A stretch of DNA of 64,000 nt. It comes from Mantamonas sphyraenae STR306 (Eukaryota; Protista; CRuMs). The translations under genes and the position numbers were made by a program. Positions 9,716-24,700 of this stretch are shown piece by piece (within the stretch, counting starts at the first letter, position 1; every line of letters starts with the position of its first letter). The stretch is taken from contig JAPMXV010000026.1 in assembly GCA_026936335.1 (NCBI GenBank), positions 206,272 through 270,271 of the forward strand, in the 5' to 3' direction. The notes under the pieces are model-generated. The model searched no databases and was not told the origin of the DNA. It saw only the letters and a program-made list of their open reading frames with translations.

Positions 9716-12700
9716 ATGCCAGTGGTGGTGGTGGTGCTGGTTGTGCTGACATGGTGCGCATGGGCGACGGGCGCAAACGCCTTTTCGGTTGACGCGGTGC
9801 AGGGCACAAGTGGCCTGCCCGCAGGAGGCAATCTGGTGACGATCTTTGGCAGTGGGTTCACTGCCACAGGGAACCAGCGTTGTCGATTTGGACAAAACGA
9901 CGCATACAAAGTGACACCAGCGTCGTTGAACGCGTCGCAGATTGTGTGCCAACAGCCGGCTCTTCCTGCCGGCGTGGCCAAATCGTACCTGCTGGAGGTG
10001 ACTCTGGACGGGACAAACTACATCACGGCAGGCGACTACTGGACATACAGTGAGTTGGAGGCAGTTGTGTTTTTTCGGGGCGAAGCAGGTGCGGGTGTCT
10101 GCACAGGTGCAGGTTGCCATGCCTGAGCAAGAGGGACCCGATGGGGATGGAGAGTCGACGTCAGTGGGCGTGCCCTCCTGAGTGGGCGTGTGTGTTTGAG
10201 AGTGGTGTGCGGGCAGAACACTGACACTGATTTCCGGGTCGAATTTCAGCGACGGCAAGTGTCAAACTCATGCCGGCGGGCCTACAGGGCGATGACCGTC
10301 TGGGCAAGAGCATTGCGTTTGACCCTTCGGGCATGGCGTTCATTGCGAGTGTTTCGCACGAGGACACGGGCAACTCAAACAACGGTGGAGCATGGGGTAA
10401 GCGAGGAGCGCGGGGGAGGAGAATTTTGTTCGTGAGGCGCTGTGGAAACAAGGGCATATATCAGCGCACAGTGACTGACACGGCGCACGGCGCGCATACA
10501 CCGACAGTGTTTGAGTACAACAGCACAACTACTACGTGGGCGAGCAAGGCGTTTCTCAAGCCGTCGGATACGACAGCAAACATGTACACGGGTGAATCAG
10601 GTGAGTGAAACTTGCCAAAATCGCCTAAACTCGCCCCCTCTGGCAGCATGTGTCTTCAACGCACGCAAATTCCATGAGGGTGCAAGCATTGGGAAATGAG
10701 ATTGTGTCGATTCGGTACCGCATTGTGTGTGCGTGGATGTTGCGCTGACACGTTGGACACCTGTGTGCGCAATTGGCCACGGCGCCCCTTCTCCATTCAA
10801 AAGTGGGCATGTCCATGACCCACTGTGTGATGTGCAGTCGCACACGAAACAGCAACAGAGGGTCGTGCTATGTGTTTCGACGATCAGATTACACGCAGGT
10901 GCAGCGGGTGCAGGCGAACAACCCAACGGATGGAGACTACTTTGGCATTTCCGTGGGCTTGTTCCACGACACGCTTGTGGTGGGCGCCTATTTGGAGGAC
11001 TCGGGCGGTTCCAACGCAGGAAACGTGTACCTGTTCCACAAGGACCAGGGCGGAACGGACAACTGGGGCCTTGTGCAGCGCATCAACAACGCGGACATTT
11101 ACCCGGACAACGACCAGCTGGGCCGGTCACTGGCAATCCAGCGTGACTTTTTTGTGGCATGCTCGCGAGATGGTGACGGGTTTCGTGGTCTGTGCCAGGT
11201 GTATGGGACCACCGCGGCGCAGCGTGTGAAAATGGTCAAGCTGTGGGCCGAGCCGTCGTACGAGGATCGAGACTACCGGTTTGGGTCATCGGTGGACGCA
11301 AGCAGCAAGTACATTGCGGTTGGAGCACGCGATGGATCTGTGGACTGGGATGGGGCGACGGTGAATGGCGCGGCGTATGTGTTTGAGCGTGTGCCAGCTG
11401 GCGTGCCCGAGATGGCAGACACCTGGGGTCACGTCAAGACGGTGACGTCTACGGATCTCACGACCGGCAGCTACTTTGGCGGTGGCAGGGACGACCAGAA
11501 CAACAAGGCCATTGGAGTGACAGACTCGGGCGTTTTGCTGGTCGGCGACTCGGAGCACAACAGCAATCGTGGACGCGCCTACGTGTTTCATAGGGACTAC
11601 CCCAGCGCGAACCAATGGGGATTGCTGCGTGTGATTGATGCCGGGGACTCTGGGTCAGGCGACGAGTTTGCCTACGGATTGGCGTTGTCTCCGTTGAGCT
11701 TTGCATCGGGGCACGGTTCAACGACGAGGCTGGCAACAACGCAGGTGCGGTGTATCTGAACCACCCGCAGTGTCCCACAGGCTCATGCCTGGACCTTGTG
11801 TCGTTGCACTGTCGCACGTGCAACGTGGACATTGTCGAGGTGACGCCGAACGCGGCACCGGTTACCGGGGGCACGAGCATCACAGTGCGTTCGGGTCACT
11901 TCCACGGCGCCAACCAAGTGCGCATCGGCAGCATGACCATGTCATGCACTCCGTCAGGCAACCAGGTGCTCGTGTGCACAACGTTGGGCGGGGTGAGTGC
12001 AGATCAAACCGGTGTGACACACACGCCGCGCGTGGCTCAGTCCGGAACCAGCAATGTGACGGTGCCCTTTGCACCAACGTTCCACTTTTACGATGTGGCG
12101 GCGCTGAACATGGCGCTGGACAACAGTGCCGGGTCGACGGACGGCGAGGCGACGCTGCGTGTGACAGGCACGGGCCTGCCTGTGGGTACACACAGCGCAC
12201 GATGCAGGCTAGGAGGAGACAACACATTGTTGGGTATGGTGGAGGTAGTGAGCGCGAGCGAGGCGTTGTGTTACACGCCTGCTGCGACGGCGGCCAATCG
12301 CACCGTGGAAGTTGCACTGGACCAGCAGCATTGGGTCACAGTCGGGTACTTGGACACACGATCTGTGAGCACGCAAGATCTGAGCATGCCGGGTGTGCAG
12401 GATGGCGACCGGTTCGGCAGCTGTCTTGCGTTTTCGGACGAGTATGCGTTTGTGGGTGCGGAAGAGGACGATTCGGATTACGGGTCGGTGCAGGTGTACA
12501 AACAGGATGTCGGGACGGGCGAGTGGACGTTTGTGAAGAAGCTTCAGGCGCCCATTGTGGTGGCTACAGGTCGGTTTGGCGCGTCGTGTGCAGCGCAGTC
12601 GGGATGGCTGGTTGTGGTTGCCCGTTCTTCGCAGGAGGTGTTCTTTTTCGGCCGCCACGTGGGCGGTACGGATAACTGGGGCATGTTCAAGCGGGAGAGC

Positions 12701-15700
12701 GTGGGTACCATGACAACGGGCCAGCTGGGGAACGAACAGGTTTGGATGTCTGAGGACTATTTCATTGTGGGCGACAACGGAGTCGACTTTCCTGGGAAGA
12801 ACGACGTGGGACGCGCATACCTGTACTCGCGTCATGCGGGTGGCACAGACACATGGCGCAAGGTGTTGACCATGGACTCGCCGATTCAAGAGGCGGGCGA
12901 GCTTATGGGTCGCGGAGTGACGGTGAGCACAAACGGCCTGTGGGCAGCGGCAGGCACCGATCGCACAATTGGAGGCACAACCGACTCTGGAGGTGCGTAC
13001 GTGTGGGAGCGAGTGTCCAAGAACATCACAGACGAAGAATGGGCGTACTCGACGTTTGTGGAACCGTTGGTGCGCGAGGCAAACAGGGAGACTGGTCGAG
13101 TCCTTGCGGCCTCGGACATCCACCTGTTCATGTCGCGCTACGAGTCGAACCGAGGCGACGTGGTTGTATTTGAACGCAAGGCGGCGGGCACCTGGGTGCA
13201 GCATCGCGTACTGAAGGTGAAAGACAACGAGCGTGCTGACAATGTTGGACAAGCGCTGGCGTACACCAACGGAGTGCTGGTTGTAGGTTCACCGCTGTCA
13301 GATTATGATGACACGGCAGACACGGGTCGTGTGGACCTGTTTGGGCGCAACTACGGCGGAAGCAACTACTACGGCCACATGCGCACGCTGTTTCGCAGCA
13401 ACATCCAGGCGAGCCGGCGTCAGGGCTACCGCGTGGATGTGGCATGGTGGGGAGACGTACTGACGGCCAACGAAGACTACAACACGCAGCGGGGTCTTGT
13501 GACGGCGTTGGTACCGCGTTGCACAGGGTTCGAAGGCGCAGGAACCGGAAGACGGTATTGCTGGAACATGACGCGATGGGTGTGTGAGCCGTGTCGGTAC
13601 GGAGTGGAGCGTGTGGAGGCAGCCGTGGTCGATGGCGGCCAGGCGTCGGAGCTCGTTATGCACGGGCGAGGTTTGCTGAATGCTGCGAGCGGCGGTCGTG
13701 TGACGATGCGCAACGGAGCAACCGTGCACACGTTGGCTTGCACGGCCACGCAGGATTCGCTGACGATGACGTGCGCCACACCAAGTGTGCCGTTGGGCAG
13801 TGTGTGGACTGTGGACGTGGCCGGGTCGTGGTCGTCGCCGTTCAACGTGACGGCGGTGGTAAAGGCGACTCAGGTGCAAACCAATGCGTTTGGCACGGGC
13901 AGGGTGCACGGCGGACCTGTCATCCAGCTGACGGGCAACAACATGGCAGACACGGGCGCCGTACGGTGCCGCGTGCTGGACCCGAGCAGCGGGCGATCGC
14001 TGGTGCTGGAAGGGCGCTACACAGGTGCAGGTACGGCCGAATGCGTGAGCGGAGTGGGCGGGTTGGCCGCAGGTCGCTACACACTTCAGTTTGCGCAGGG
14101 AGGCACTTACAGCACTGTGTCGACCTCATTTGCCATTTACGAGGACTTTGCGCTCCCGCTGCCGCTGGACTCGAGCGTGGAGGCCGACTGGCGTGTGGGC
14201 GAGAGTCTGGCCATTGGTGAGAATGTGCTTGCAGCGGGAGCGCCCGTTGCAACGTCGTCGGACTATGGCGAAGTGCACATCTACACACGTTTGCAGACGC
14301 AGCCGTACTCGTTTGTGTTTACGAAGCGCCTTCTGCCGCCGCAAAACCAGAACGACAACGAGTTTGGACGTGCAGTGGCCACCACGGACGACTTTTTGTT
14401 TGTGGGCGAACCGAGGTGGAACACACGTACGGGACGGGCCCACTTTTACGCACGACATCACAACGGCGTGCCAAATTCGTTTGGCTTGGTACGCACAGTG
14501 ACGTCGGACGTACAGGCGACTGACAACTACTTTGGACGCAGCCTGGCGGTGAACCCGACGTGGGACCGCTTGGTCATCAGCGAGTATCGTACCAACGGCA
14601 ACCGCGGGCGTTTTCACGTGTTTGAGCGCAACGCCGGCGGCCTCGACAACTGGGGCCGCGTGACCATCATGGAACCGGACAACACCATGCCCAATGGCTT
14701 CCTTGGCTACGGATCGCCAGGTGTGGCGTTGTACGATGACATGATGCTTGCTGGCGCGTACGTGACGAACGTCGAGTCGTACAGCAATGCGGGAAGTGCA
14801 GCGTTGTTTCGAAAGAATCAGGGAGGACCGAACGCATGGGGTCCGATCAAGGTGCTGCGTGCAAACAGCAACCAATTGGGCACAAACGTGTACTTTGGCT
14901 ACTCGGTGGCACTGAGCAAGAACTACGCTGTGTGTGGTGCGTACGAAGACGCCACCGGCGCGACCCGCACGGGTGCAGTGTACGTATTCTACCGCGGCAC
15001 GAACGACGCGTGGGACCAACTGCAGCGCCTGGAGCGTCCCGTGTCTGCAGAAACCGACCCGCACAACTTTGGTGAGGCGGTGGCTGTGCACGAGCGTCCA
15101 GATGGCGCGGTGATGGTCATTGCGGGCGAACCGGAGCGCGACGGCCAGGAGAACGACCGCTACTCGTTGCGCGAGGGAGGCGTGTTTGCATACGGAAACA
15201 CAGTGAAGGGAGGCGCGTTGACTCTGATGCACGCATGGTATGCATCTGTGCCGGCCACAGACCAGCGCTTGGGCAACATTGTGGCTGTTTCGCGAACGGG
15301 GGTACTTGCAGCGGGGGCGTACCTGCTGCGCGACAACGGGGTCACGAACAAAGGCCGCGTGTACACGCTGACCCACAGGTGTGCAGAGACGTACTGTTGG
15401 GACATGTGGAGCAACCGGTGCGCGCCGTGTGGAGTTGGATTGGAGACAGTGGAACCGGCGGCGGTGCGTGCGGGCACGGGTGTGGTCCAGGTCACTGTGA
15501 CGGGATACGGTTTTTGGGACAACAGTACAGTCACGCTGGAGGTGGCTGCAGCGGGCAAGTACAACGTGACAGCGCCATGCACGGTGACCGAGCCGGGCCT
15601 GCGGATGGTGTGTGCGCTAAACACATCTGAGATCCAAGCCTCGGGCACAGGCGTGGCTCGCATGCCTGGTGCCCAGTATGCGTATGCGTACGGGTATACA

Positions 15701-18700
15701 GACCCCGTGTTTGGCGCCTTTGCAAACCCAACGTCGCTGCGCACGTGGAATCCGTCGTCGCCGACGACAGGCGGAGTGACGGTGACCATCTACGGAAACG
15801 GATTCTCAGACGCACCCGGAGCCATGTGTGTGTGGGACAATGCGACATTGTCGGCAACGGTGCAGTACGTGTCCGAGACAGAAGTGCGCTGCCTGACACC
15901 AAAACAGGTTGGCCAACCGTACTACGGTTGGACGACGCTGTATTACACCATCGACGGCGTGTCTTTGGTGTCTGCCGGCGCATTCTACTTCTTCCCCGAC
16001 CGCGTTTCAGTGTACGAGGGCGACTTTGACCAGGATTTGCGCTACGGTCAGGTGGTGGCTGTGGGTCGCGGCGTGATGGTGGCCTCTGCATTCCGCAAGG
16101 CATCAAACGCAGGCGAGGCCAAGTTGTGGTTGGACGACCACAGATGGGTTGCCCAAATTTGCGTATGTCAAGGATCTTGCAGGCACGCCTGCACCCGTTG
16201 CCAACGATCGCTATGGTATATCGCTGGCGGTGTGCTACGACGTGGTCGCTGTGGCAGCTACGTATGCATACGTAAGCGGCAACCGCCAAATGGGACGCGT
16301 GTACCTCTTCCAGCGCGACGAAGGCGGTGCAAACAACTGGGGGCAGTGGCAGACGCTGGAGCACCCCGAGGCACATCTTCTGACCGACCGGTTCTTTGGT
16401 CACAAGCTGTCGTGTCGCGGGCCCAACCTGCTGGCGGTGAACGTGTACCAGGAACGCGGTCCCAACAACGAAGAGCTTGGCGCAGTGTTTATGTACCGTC
16501 GCGGTCTGGGCGTGGCTGGAAGGTACGGGTTGGAACGGCGCATCTTTCCGACATCGCCAAACGCGCGCTACATGGGCAATACGCCCGGAACTGGCCAACG
16601 TGGCGTGGATGTGTCGCAAGACGAGACGCTGTTGATTGTGGGCAACTACGACGCCGACGTGGATGGACAAGCAAACGCTGGAGAGGCGTACATTTTTGGA
16701 CGCAACGTTGGCGGCCGCTACAACTGGGGCTCTGTCAAGGTACTGCGACAGGCCACGGCAACCACAAACTTGCAATACGGTTCTTCGGTGAGCATTGGCA
16801 GCCAGTACGCGGCTGTGGGCTCGTATGCGGATGGGGACGGAAAAGTGTTTGTGTACTCTGCGGCGAGCGGGTACAGTCTTGTGCGCACGCTGGTACCACT
16901 GACAAACGACGGGCCAAACGACTTTGGCTTTGATGTGCTGGTGCAAGAGAGCGTGGTCGCGGGCGTGATTTCGACTTTGTGTACGTAGGCGAGCCGTATG
17001 CCGATCCAGATGGACAAGCCGATGCAGGGCGAACATATGTGTTCAGCGACGCCGGAGCAACGATGGATCGTGTGATTGTGACAAACAACTTTGCGGGATC
17101 GGATCGATGTGGACGCAACCTGAACGCGGCCCCGGATGGCCAGCTGGTGGTGGGCTGTTTCGAGAGCAGCGCACAGTCGACGCGAGGCGGACAACTGCTG
17201 ATCGCGAGTGCGCCATGCCCGGCAGGATACTGCTGGGATGAAAAGTCGTGGTCGTGTGGCGTCACATGCTATCCGCATGAGATCCACCTTCCGTCGTCGT
17301 ATCTGTCGTTGAGTGGATCGAGTGAAATCGAGATCTTGGGTGCAGGATTCTCAGCAAGCACGACGTCCATGACGGTGAGCAATGGGGCAGTGAACCGCAC
17401 GGGCTCCTGCAGCGTGGTGAGCGACGTGAAGCTGCGCTGTGTGTTACCTGCGTTTCCTGTTGCGGGCAAGGTGAACGTGACGTTCAAAGACATGCCGATC
17501 CAAAGGGACATGCTGGAGGCAGAGTACCTTGCTCCGCCGTCCAATCTGGCGACCGACATGCGTGCGGTGACAAGCGTGGGTGGATCGACAGTGACTGTGA
17601 CAGGCAGTGGCCTTGTGGACACGGGTGTGGCGACGTGTCGCTTTTCGTCTGCGCAGGGTGAGAAAGCTTGTGGATGCGACGCTGGTGAGTAGTGGGTACA
17701 TGGAGTGCGTGTCGCCCGTTCTTCCTCTGGGCACCACGGTGCTTTCATTGAGTTTGGACCGGAACGAGTATGTCGAAGTGCAGAGCATGAGCGTGTTGCT
17801 GCAGCAGGCGTTCTATGTGTCGCCCGTGGCTGGAACCAATGACAACGCTGGCCAAGACGGCGTGTACTCGACAGCCACGGGTATGGTGGTGCCCATTTCC
17901 AGGAGCGATGTGCAAGACACCGACCGTGGTGTGATCGACGTGTATCGGCGCAGCGCAAACCTTTCGCAATCCGAGTTTGAGTTTGTCAAGACGCTGCAGC
18001 AACCGGTTGTTGCAAATCAGCGGTTTGGATTGACGGTGGGGTTGAGCAGAGACATGCTCGCGGTAGGTCAGTACCAGCTGGACTCGGACGTGCACAACGA
18101 CGCTGGCGGGGTCTATGTGTACCTGCGGGACCACGGCGGCGTGGACAATTGGGGCGAATGGACAATCCTGCGCATCCCCGACGACTCTGGAGGCCACCAG
18201 TTGGGCCATCGTGTGGCCGTGGGCGGCGACACAGTGTTTGCATCTGCGCCGGGGATGGATTTCGAAAACGCAGGGGACGACGGTGCGTTGTTTGTGTACG
18301 ATCGACACCTGGGTGGCGAAAACGCATTTGGACTGTCGACCATTGTGCGTCGTCCGGAGGGCGTGGCCACGTACCACTGGCTGCGGCTTGTGACGGCGTC
18401 CATGTCTGGCAATCTGGTCGCAGCGAGCGACGCGTACCATGACCACGACGGAACGAACGACGTGGGTCAGGTGACGCTTTTCGGGCGACACCATGGCGGT
18501 TGGAACGCATGGGGTAAAATCAAGACCATTGTGAGCCCACTGTTGGAGGCATCGACGCTGTTTGCGCGGCACATGGCGGTGACGGATACGGCGCTGGTGG
18601 TTGGCACGAACAAACTGCGTGCGTATGTGTTTGAGCGCGATCTGGGAGGGGCCAACAACTGGGGGTTGGCAAAGGAGCTGAGCGAGGCCGGAGTGGACAC

Positions 18701-21700
18701 GTGGTACTCGTTTGGCGTGGCGGTGGTGGACGACTTTGTGTTTGTGGCATACCCTGCGTACGACACGCCATACAACAACATTGGTGGCATGTATGTGTAC
18801 CGTCGGAGCACGGGTTACGCGCGAGCGCGTCTGGTGGAGTCCACAGGCGTGGCAAACGAGTTGGGCATGATGGAACTGACGGCGACTCCATACGGCCAGA
18901 TTGTGGGCGGCGCACAATCGTATGACGACACGACAAACGACTGGGGTCGTGCGATGCGTGTGACTGGGCTGTGCCCGCCTCCGCAGTGCTGGAACTATGC
19001 ATCGTGGCAGTGTGGCGCCTGTCCTGTGCACGCGATGAAGGTGTACCCGGCGAGCCTGGAGGTGAACGCACCGCAAACGGTCCTTGTGACAGGATACGGA
19101 TTCTACAAGGCGGTGCACGTGGCAAACGTGACCGTGGGTGTCGAGTCTGTGAGCGCAAACTGCACGCTGGTGCGTCTGTACGAAAGCGTTCGGTGTGAAG
19201 TGCCGGCAGTGGCCACCACTGGCACGGCGACTCTGCAGTTTGACATGCCCTTGGGGACGCGACACAGCAACGTGAGCACGGACATGAATGCCCCGACGTT
19301 CACGGTGTTTGATGCGCCCAGCAATCTGCGCAGCAACGTGAGTGCCGTGGACATGGGCGGCGAAAGCTGGGCGGCGGTGTCAGGAAGCGGTATTGTCGAC
19401 ACAGGTGAGGTTGTGTGTGTGCTGGGTACAAACACGAGCTACACGTGGCGCGCACAAGTGCTGAGCAGCAGCAGCGTGGTATGTCAGACGCCGCCGGTGC
19501 CTGGTCGTTCGGGAACGTACATGCCATTGCAGCTTTCTCTTAACGGGGGACACCGCAACCACATGGTGAAGTGGGTGTATGTGGGTGTGCGCGGAAAAGC
19601 GGGGTTGCTGGACGAGTCACAGGGTACGACGACGAACAACGACTATGCAGGCGAGTACGGCGTGCGTGTGACGTCGGATACCATTATGCTGGAACGATAC
19701 AAGGCGCAGACCAACAAGGGACGCGTGGATGTGTGGAAACTGACTGGCGGCGAGTGGAAGTGGTTCAAACAGCTTGACCCTGGAGGAGAGGTGGATGGAG
19801 ATGCGCAGTTTGGGCGTGCATTGGATGTGAAACACGACCTGGCCGTGGTGGGCGCCCAACAAGCGGGAACAGCCCGAGGCAAGGCGTTGGTGTACCTGCG
19901 CGACGAAGGCGGTACAAACAACTGGGGGTTCAAGACGGCGTCGACGGGCGGCCATGCCAACGGCGAGCAGTTTGGTGCGGCGGTGTCGATCTCGGACGAC
20001 ACCCAGGACGTGGTTGTGGCTGCACCGGGTGTGGACCAACCTCTGAGCGACATTGGCCAGTTGGACATCCTGCGTCGATACAGCGGAGGGATGAACGCCT
20101 TTGGGGTTGCGTTCCGCGTGGCGAGCAGCTACCCTGTAAACTCGGCGTCGTTTGGCAGACTGGGCGCAGTTGCATGGTGGGGCAAGACCATCATTGCAGG
20201 CGGACCGCTGGCGGATCCGGACGACGTGAGCAACGCCGGCGTGGCCATGATCCTGGAGCAGGATTACCGCACGATTGACTCGTTTGCAGAGGTTGTGCAA
20301 ATGCGTTCGCCGACGTTGCAAGCGAACGGGAACTGCGGATCATCCGTGGCGATCGGGGCGGACGTGGCGGCCATGGGTTGTTCCGGGTATGACGTGGACA
20401 GCGCCACGAATGCGGGCATTGTGGTGGTGTACACACGCGGTGGCGAGGGTGAGGTGGACTGGACGTACAGACGCACGCTGTACAGCAGCAACAAGGCAGC
20501 AAACGACAATTTTGGGTTCAGCGTGGCGGTGAGCGTGCAGGCTTCGGACACGTACGTGGTTGTTGGCGCGCCTTTGGAGGAGCACGACAAGTGGACGACC
20601 ATCATTGACAACGAAGGCTCCGTGTATGTGTTTGGGCGCAACCGAGGTGGTGCGAATGCGTTTGGCCTTGTGCGCAAGTATGTGCGCAGTCTGTCGGTGC
20701 AGTGGGGTGCAACGCGGTTTGGCAGTCAGGTTGCCGTGGACAATGCGGGCCTGTTGGTTGCATCGATGCCTCTTCTGGACCTTGTGCCAGGCGAATCGAA
20801 CCGAGGCGGCGCGTTGGCGGTGACGCTCGCGTGTCCGGTGGGCACATGCTACGACTTTGATACGGACACATGTGTGGGTACGTGCAGACACCCGATCCAG
20901 CACGTGATCCCGGATGGCATGCGGTACGACAAGAACACAACGGTGCGTGTGCTGGGCAGCCGCTTCGGCGCAGTTCACCGCGTACAGCTGACCAATGGCA
21001 CAGCTGCGTTGAACATCACGTGCAACCAAGTGTCTGGAGGCGAGCTTTCGTGCGTGGTCCCTGCGTATTGCGGAGTGATGGGCAAGGCGTGGATGGATCT
21101 GCTGCCAGCGGATGCAAGCTCCGACAACGGGTTCTCTTCACAGGCGCTGCGTGAGGGTGTGTACACACAGCGTCCAAGTGTTCATCTGTACACAGTGCTG
21201 TCGTTGTCACCTGTGACAACAAGCGCATCGACGGCCGGCGGGACCGTGGTGACCATTGCAGGCGTGAATCTGCCACCGCTGCAGTACGGCTGGTGCCGGT
21301 TTGGAAGCGATGCGTTGCTTGCGCGTGCCGTGGTGGTAAGCAGCACAGAGATACAGTGCCGTGCGCCTGCGGTGGGGGGTGAACAGACGGTGGAGCTGAG
21401 CTACAGCGGGGACCGGGTGCACTTTGTGACGGTGACGAGTGCGTTTGTGTACTTTCAGCAACAGGAGCTCACGGCGCCGAGCAAGGCAAACAACGACCGG
21501 TTTGGACGAGGCGACTGTGGCTTCGAAGTGGCCGTGTATGGTGCGCCGCGTGACACAACGACAGATGCGGGCCGTGCACTGGTGTTTGGACGTGCGAGCA
21601 GCACGGACAAACTTTGGGGCACGGCGACGCAAGAGTTGACGAGTGTGGCCACGGGACCAGAGTGGCGGAACTTTGGGCGCGAAACACGGCTGGAGCACGA

Positions 21701-24700
21701 CATGTTGGTCGTGAACGGGCGCGACGGAATCGAGATCCGGTACAGGCACGCGCAAGGGATGGTGGACTCGTGGGGAGTTGTGCAGACGCACATGGGCGGC
21801 ACAGACGTGTCGTACGGCATGGTGGCGGACATGACGGAGAATTGGTTGGTCGTGGGCGCAGCGGACGACGGGACGCTCGCCACAAATGCCGGTCGAGCGT
21901 ATCTGTACGGACGCAACGTGGGCGGGCGCAACAACTGGGGTCTGCACCGCGAGATGGTACCTACTGGAGAATCGGTGGCGCAAGACTTGTTTGGGCATGC
22001 GGTGTCGATTTCGGACAAGTACATGATTGTGGGTGCGCACCAGGGTGACCAAATCGAAAGCGGCCGCGGTGTGGCGTACATGTATGAGGTGGACAAGGGG
22101 GGCGACGACAATTGGGGCTTTGCCCGGTTCCTGCAGCCGAGTGTGATGCACACATCGAGTGCGTTTGGGTTCAGCACGGCAAACAACGACGAGTTTGTGG
22201 CAGTGGCGGATCAGCAGGGTGCATTGGTGCGTGGTGGAACTGCGGTGGGCAGCGTGTCTGTGTTTACGCAGAACAGCACAACCAAGGCGTGGTTCGAGCA
22301 GACGCGACTGTTTGCAGACGACGGGTCATCGGACGACGCGTTTGGCCAGGTTGTGGCCATGGTAAGGTCGACCGGTGTGATTGTAGTGGGTGCGCAGAAT
22401 CACGACACAGGTGCTGGAAACAGTGGTGCCTTGTACGTCTTCCGATACGATCGTGGCACTAGCTCGTGGGTGCAAAAGGCAATGCTGAAGCCTGCATCGC
22501 CAGAGACAAACGGACGCCTGGGCCTGCGCCGCACCGTGGGACTTTCGGAGACGTGTTTGATGGGTGGGCAGATTTTTGCCGACAGCGGTGGATCCGACCG
22601 TGGCAAGGTGGACTCGATGTCCATCTTTTGCCCGCATCCACAGTGCTTCTCGACAGAAGCCATGTCGTGCGGGCCGTGCACGTTTGGCATTGTGCGGATC
22701 CGTCCAAATGGCCTGCCTGTGGCCAAGAACGGGACGATCGTGCTTGTGGGGGGCAACTTCCGTGCGGATGCGCCGGAGGTGAGCAACGTGATGCGTGTAC
22801 GGCTGGCGTCGGGCACAGAAGTGGCATGCAACGTGCTGAGTTCGGACTATGCCAACTGCAGCGTGCCCAGTGGAGCGGCAGTGTCCCAGGGCGGCATCCA
22901 GTTTACCAACTTTTCGATGGCGGCTGAGTACGTGCCGGCTACGTTTTTCCACTACGACGCTCAGGTGCACAGTGTGCGTGCGTGGCATGTGCCGCACAGT
23001 GGCGACTCCCAGATTGTGTTGCAGGGCAGCGGGTTCATGGACACCGGCACGGGAGTGTGCAGGTTCAATGGGAGCGAGACTTCGGAGACGAGGCTGCGTT
23101 TTGTAAACTCCAGCACGGTGTACTGCCACACACGTGGCAGTGGCGTGTACGCAGTGGGCCAAACAGTGCAGTTGGAGGTGTTGCTGAACGGGCAAGACGC
23201 GCTGTACGCAGGGAACGTAACCGTGGTTGCAGACAACGGAACGTTTGCTCAAAGTGGTTTGGGCTCAAGCGTTGCTGTCGAGGCGACGGGAGGCGTGTGG
23301 GCAGCTGTGGGCAAAGCGAGCGAAGCAACGCAGGGACGCGTGCGCACATACACGTACGACGCTGGAACGGCGTCATGGCAGCTTGCACAGACACTGGCAC
23401 CTGGCAGTGACACGGTGCGCGAATTTGGCCATGCGGTCAGCATGGATGGAGGTGTGTTGGCAGTGGGTGCGCCTGGTGCCGATGGAGGCAGCGTCCATGT
23501 GTTTAAACGCACGTCGGATGCCATTGTGGGCAACGAAGAGATGTTGCGCATGAACAACACAAGTGCATTCGGCAAGGCAGTCGCTGTGTCGCGCGGTTCG
23601 TTGGCTGTGGCGTCGCAAGACTCGGTGTGGATGTACGAGCAACCGGGTGGGTATGGCATGCACCCATGGAGCCACACACGTCGTTTGGCTCTGCGTGCAT
23701 CCGCCGTCGCATTGGCGGATGGCAAGACGTTGGCTGTGGCCAATGGCAGCGAAGTGGTGATAGCGGAGCGTGACCATGGTGGATTGTCACGATGGGGTCA
23801 GGTACAGCGCTTGAATGCTGGCGGAGTGGTGAGTGCTTTGTCTTTGTCGCGGCACTATTTGGCTGTAGGTGTGATGGAGCAGAATCGCGTTCTTCTGTAC
23901 AAGTACAGCGGATCGTTTGTGTTGCTGCGCAACATGACATCCACCGAGGACGGATATGGCAAGCACGTGAGCTTGAACAGCGGTGAGAGTGCGCTTGCAG
24001 TGACTTGTACGTCGGCTGTGGTGGTGCACGCTCGTGCATATGTGTCGCGCGACAATGTGATGGCGCAGGATGGATGGGAGGCGCTGCGCACCGTGGGTAT
24101 GGACGCGCATGACGGCGGACAGGCTGTGCTGGGTTCTTCGCTGCTGAGCACCGGGCGATGGAAGACACCGGTGTGCCCAGGCAACGAATACTTTGCATAT
24201 GAGCGGTGGACATGTGCCGCAAGTGACGCAACGCCGATGACAGTGCGTCCCGAAACTGTGCCTGTGGAAGGAGGAGCCGGCGCATTTGTGCTGCTTTACG
24301 GGCGACAGGTGGAAAGTGTGGGTTCGTTGACAGTGTCGCGCGGGACGTGGTCGTCGACGGCTGGGTCGTGCGCACAAGTGAACGCTTGGACACTGAACTG
24401 TACCTTGCCTGCACTGGGCAGCGGCCCAGGCGAGTACCGTCTGCAACTGGCAGGCGTCGCCGGAGCAAACGTGACCGGGTTTGTTTCGCCCACCGGGTTG
24501 AGCACAGACACACGCACGGTACCCACACATGCGTACGGGCAGACAGAAGTGTATGTGAGCTCGGTTGGTGCGATTGGGAACACGTCTGCGGATGCGGTGG
24601 TGTGCAGATACGCCGGGCAAAGTCAGTGGGTCACGCGTGGCCAGGTGCGAGGCGACGGCGGCGTGATGTGCTACACGCCTGCGGTTTCTCCGTCCAGTGG

